From Mobula birostris (Eukaryota), in contig NC_092383.1 of NCBI RefSeq assembly GCF_030028105.1, positions 97,983,604-98,047,603 of the forward strand: DNA of 64,000 nt. The letters are read 5' to 3'. Shown piece after piece: positions 60,085 to 64,000 of this stretch (positions are counted from its first letter, which is position 1; the number at the start of each line of letters is the position of its first letter). The notes beneath the pieces are model-generated. The model was not told the DNA's origin, searched no databases, and saw only the letters and a program-made list of their open reading frames with translations. Made by a program: the position numbers and the translations under genes.

Positions 60085-61447
60085 CATAGAAACATAGAAA
60101 CATAGAAAACCTACAGCACAATACAGGCCCTTCGTCCCACAAAGCTGTGCCAAACATGCCCTTACCTTAGAAGTTACCTTGGGTTACCCATAGCCCTCTA
60201 TTTTTCTAAGCTCCATGTACCTGTCCAGGAGTGTCTTAAAAGACCCCATCCTATCTGCCTCCACAATCACCGCTGGCAGCCCATTCCACGCAGTCACCAC
60301 GCTCTGCTTTAAAAACTTAACCCCTGACATCTCCTCTGTACCTACTTCCAAGCACCATAAAACTGCCCTCTCATGCTAGCTATTTCAGCCCTGGGAAAAA
60401 GCCTCTCACTATCAGCATGACTCAAGCCTCTCATCATCCTATATGCCTCAATCAGGTCACCTCTCATCCTCCGTTGCTCCAAGGAGAAAAAGCCAAGTTC
60501 ACTCAACCTATTTTCATAAGGCATGCTCCCCAATCCAGGCAATATCCTTCTAAATCTCCTCTGCACCCTTTCTATGGTTCCCACATCCTTCCTGTAGTAA
60601 GGCAACCAGAACTGAGCACAGTACTCCAAGTGGGGTCTGACCAGGGTCCTATATAGCTGCAACGTTACCTCTCGGCTCCTAAATTCAATTCCACGATTGA
60701 TGAAGGCCAATACGCCGTACGCCTTCTTAACCACAGAGTCAACCTGCGCAGCTGCTTTGAGTATCCCATGGACTCAGATCCCAAGATCCCTCTGATCCTC
60801 CACATTGCCAAGAGTCTTACCATTAATACTATTTTCTGCCATCATAATTGACCTACCAAAATAAACCACCTCACACTTATCTGGGTTGAACTCCATCTGC
60901 CATTTCTCAGCTTAGTTTTGCATCCTATCGATGTCCTGCTGTAACCTCTGACAGCCCTCCACACTATCCACAACACCCCCAATCTTTGTGTCATCAGCAA
61001 ACTTACTAACCCATCCCTCCACTTCTTCATCCAGGTCACTTATGAAAATCACAAAGAGTAAAAATCACAGAACAAATTCCTGAAGCACACCACTGGTCAC
61101 CGACCTCCATGCAGAAGGTGACCCATCTACAACCACACTTTGCTTTCTGTGGGCAAACCTGTTCTGGATCCACAAAACAATGTCCCCTTGGATCCCAAGC
61201 CTCCTTACTTTCTCAATAAGCCTTGCATGGGGTACCTTATCAAATGTCTTGCTGAAATCAATATACACTACATCTACTGCTTTGCCTTCATGAATGTGTT
61301 TAGTCACATCCTCGAAATGTTCAGTCAGGCTCGTAAGCCACGACCTGCCTTTGACAAAGCTATGCTGACTATTCCTAATCATATTATGCCTTTCCAAATG
61401 TTCGCAAATTCTGCCTCTCAGGATCTTCTCCATCAACTTACCAAGCA
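60085..61447 (-). mobile_element. CR1 3' fragment inserted into the Rex-like repeat of unit 3
   Basis: ORFs 60342-60734, 60842-61039 and 61065-61448, with a (catagaaa)n tail. The unit 1 copy at ~54225 is uninterrupted. Confidence 0.88.
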
Positions 61448-62049
61448 TGTGTCGTGAAATTTGTTAACCTAGCAGCAACAGTTCAATGCAATACATAATA
61501 CAGAAGAAGAAAAACAAATAAAATAATGACAATAAATAAGAAAATTTACAATATCCATATAATGAATAGATTAAAATCATGCAAAAACCGAAATAATGCA
61601 TATTAAACAAGTCAGGTAGTGTTCACGTGTTCAATGTTCTCTTAGGAATTGGATAGCAGAGGAGAAGAAGCTGTTCCTAAATCACTGAGTGTGTGCCTTC
61701 AGGGTTCTGTATCTCTTACCCGATGGTAAGAGTGAGAAAAGGGCATGCCCTGGGTGATGGGGGTCCTTAATAATGGACGCTGCCTTCCTGAGACACTGCT
61801 CCTTGAAGACGTCCTAGTACTTTGTAGGCTAGTACCCAAGATGGAGCCAACTAAATTTACAGCTTTCTGCAGCTTCTTTCAATACATTTCAATGAGATTC
61901 CACCACACAAAGCCCCCATAATTCTCTAAATGTACAGGCCCGGAGCCATCAAATATTAATTCTTCCATCTTCTCGGTCCCTTCGATCTCAGGGAAGCACA
62001 GGCTATCGATGAATTCCCATCTCTATCACCCATCTCACTAGAAAGCGGC

Positions 62050-64000
62050 CAGTGAGTGAGTGGGCCAGTGAAGGAGTGGAGCTTTGAGGTTTTGACTCGA
62101 GAGAGTCTGGCAGTTTTGGCAGTTGGACTGCACAATCAAGTCAATCAAGATTTGAATAGATCAGCAGAAAGCAGTTGATTAGACAATCAAGATTTGAATA
62201 GCTCAGACTCAGCAGAAAGCAGCTGATTGGGCAGTCAAGGTCAGGTGACGAAGCAGTTTGAAAACCTCAAACAAATAAATAGAGGGGTAGCTCAAGCGGA
62301 GCAGCCAGTGAGTGAGCGGGCCAATGAAGGAGTGGAGCTTTGAGGCTTTGACTTGAGAGGCTTCGACGAGAAGAGGCGGAGGACGAGCTTGCTCCCAGTT
62401 AGGCTTTACAATGCTTCCTGAGACGGTGATGTGCCTCTCATGTGAGATGTGGCAGTCTTGGGGAACGCCCCTCTCCCGCAGAGTCACACCTGCCAGAAGT
62501 GCATACGGCTGGGCGAACTGGAAGACCGTGTAAGGAATCTGGAGCAGCAGCTGGATGACCTTCAACTCATAAGGGAGAATGAGGCAGTCATAGATGAGAG
62601 CTACAGGGAGGTAGTCACACCTAGGCTGTCGGAAACAGGTTGTTGGGTGACAGTCAGAGGGGGAAAAGTGAAGGTGAGTAGACAGGTAGTGCAGAGCACC
62701 CATTACCCTGAAAAATAAGTTTACCATCCTGGATACTGTTGGCGGGGATGATCGACCGGGGTGAGCCACGGTGGCAGGGCCTCCGGCACTGAGTCTGACC
62801 TGGTGGTGCAGAAGGGTGGGACAGAGAAGAGGAGAGCTGTCGTCATTGGAGACTCTATAGTCAGGGGAGCAGACAGGAGACTTTGTGGACGTGAGAAGGA
62901 CACCCGCACGGTTTGTTGCCTCCCGGATGCCAGGGTCTGGGATGTCTCTGACCGGGTGCACGACATTCTGGTACGAGAGGGAAAGCAACCAGAAGTCGTG
63001 ATACATGTTGGTACCAATGACATAGGCAGGAAGAGGGATGAGGTCCTGAAGTGTGAGTTTCGGGAACTAGGCAGAAGGCTGAAGAACAGGACCTCAAGGG
63101 TGGCGTTCTCAGGACTGCTGCCAGTGCTACGTGACAGTGATGTTAAGAATAAGAGAAGATTTCAGTTGAATGCGTGGCTGAGGAGTTGGTGCAGGGAGCA
63201 GGGTTTTAGATTTTTGGATCATTAGGATCTCTTCTGGGGAAGGTGGGACCTGTACAGATTGGATCGGTTGCACCTGAACTCGAGGGGGAGCAATATCCTT
63301 GCAGGTAGGTTTGCTAGCATGGTTCGGGAAGGTTTAAACTAATTTGCAAGGGGAATGGGACCCAGAGCGATAGAGCAGTGAAAGAAGTGCATGGAGTTAA
63401 GCCAGATCTAACATATAGAGAGGCTTTGAGGAAAGAGAAGCAGAATAAACGGTGTAAAGCCAGTAAGGTAGAAGGGCTGAAATGTGTGTACCTCAATGCA
63501 AGAAGCATCAGGAACAAAGGTGAGGATACATACACAGAATTATGATGTAGTGGCCATTACAGAGACTTGGCTGGCACCAGGGCAGGAATGGATTCTCAAT
63601 ATTCCTGGATTTCAGTGCTTTAAAAGAATAGAGGTGGGGGAAGGGGAGGAGGGATGGCGTTACTGGTCAGGGATACTATTACAGCTACAGAAAGGGTGGA
63701 TAATGTAGCAGGATCCTCTTTTGAGTCAATACGGGTGGAAGTCAGGAACAGGAAGGGAGTAGTTACTCTATTGGGAGTATTCTGTAGACCCCTGGTAGCA
63801 GCAGAGATACCGAGGAGCAGATTGGGAGGCAGATTTTGGAAAGGTGCAAAAATAACAGGGTTGTTATCATGGGTGACTTTAACTTCCCTAATATTGATTG
63901 GCACCAAGGGTTTAGACAGGGCGAAGTCTGTTAAGTGTGTCCAGGATGGATTCCTGTCACAGTATGTTGACAGGCCAACTAGGGGGAATGCCATACTAGA
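62050..64000 (+). mobile_element. CR1 LINE 5' region: 5'UTR, ORF1 (Zn finger, coiled coil, SGNH esterase) and start of ORF2 endonuclease
   Basis: CLSCEMW..HTCQKC, VIGDSIVRG..VIHVGTND, VYLNARSI, YDVVAITETWL. Contains stops and frameshifts. Confidence 0.9.

Noticed and set aside
62209-63006. 265-aa minus-strand ORF
   Set aside because: It is the antisense shadow of CR1 ORF1.

Overview
Eukaryotic, repeat-dominated vertebrate DNA, most likely from a cartilaginous fish (shark/ray). This is inferred from V-SINE/HE1-like SINEs, CR1 LINEs with (TTCTATG)n tails and Penelope-type repeats. There are no prokaryotic genes, rRNA, tRNA or CRISPR arrays. The non-repeat content is a cluster of small immunoglobulin-superfamily receptor gene pieces, identified by splice sites and reading phase. 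On the minus strand are three cysteine-less CD2/SLAM/CEACAM-N-like IgV exons (58734-59054, 56602-56904 with a TGA, 52875-53195). Two of them have their own candidate leader exon. Three paralogous transmembrane exons (4002-4172 +, 25231-25401 - with a premature TAA, 46523-46675 -) each have a short cytoplasmic terminal exon. All exon junctions are phase 1. About 9.5 kb at 1824-11820 is duplicated in inverted orientation at about 18230-27425, giving two convergent TM-only gene halves. Between them is a CpG-rich promoter with six roughly 30-bp-phased CCAAT-like boxes and an orphan first exon (12376-12415). Mobile DNA includes a hAT transposase relic, many CR1 fragments, a 5'-inverted L1 fragment, a Penelope-like RT, a Penelope fold-back with two hammerhead ribozymes, a Gypsy 3' LTR, an ERV-like integrase, an RLE-type (HERO/R2-like) LINE, Rex/L2 and RTE fragments, SINEs and minisatellites. 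All alignments were done by eye; repeat boundaries are approximate and no expression evidence is available.
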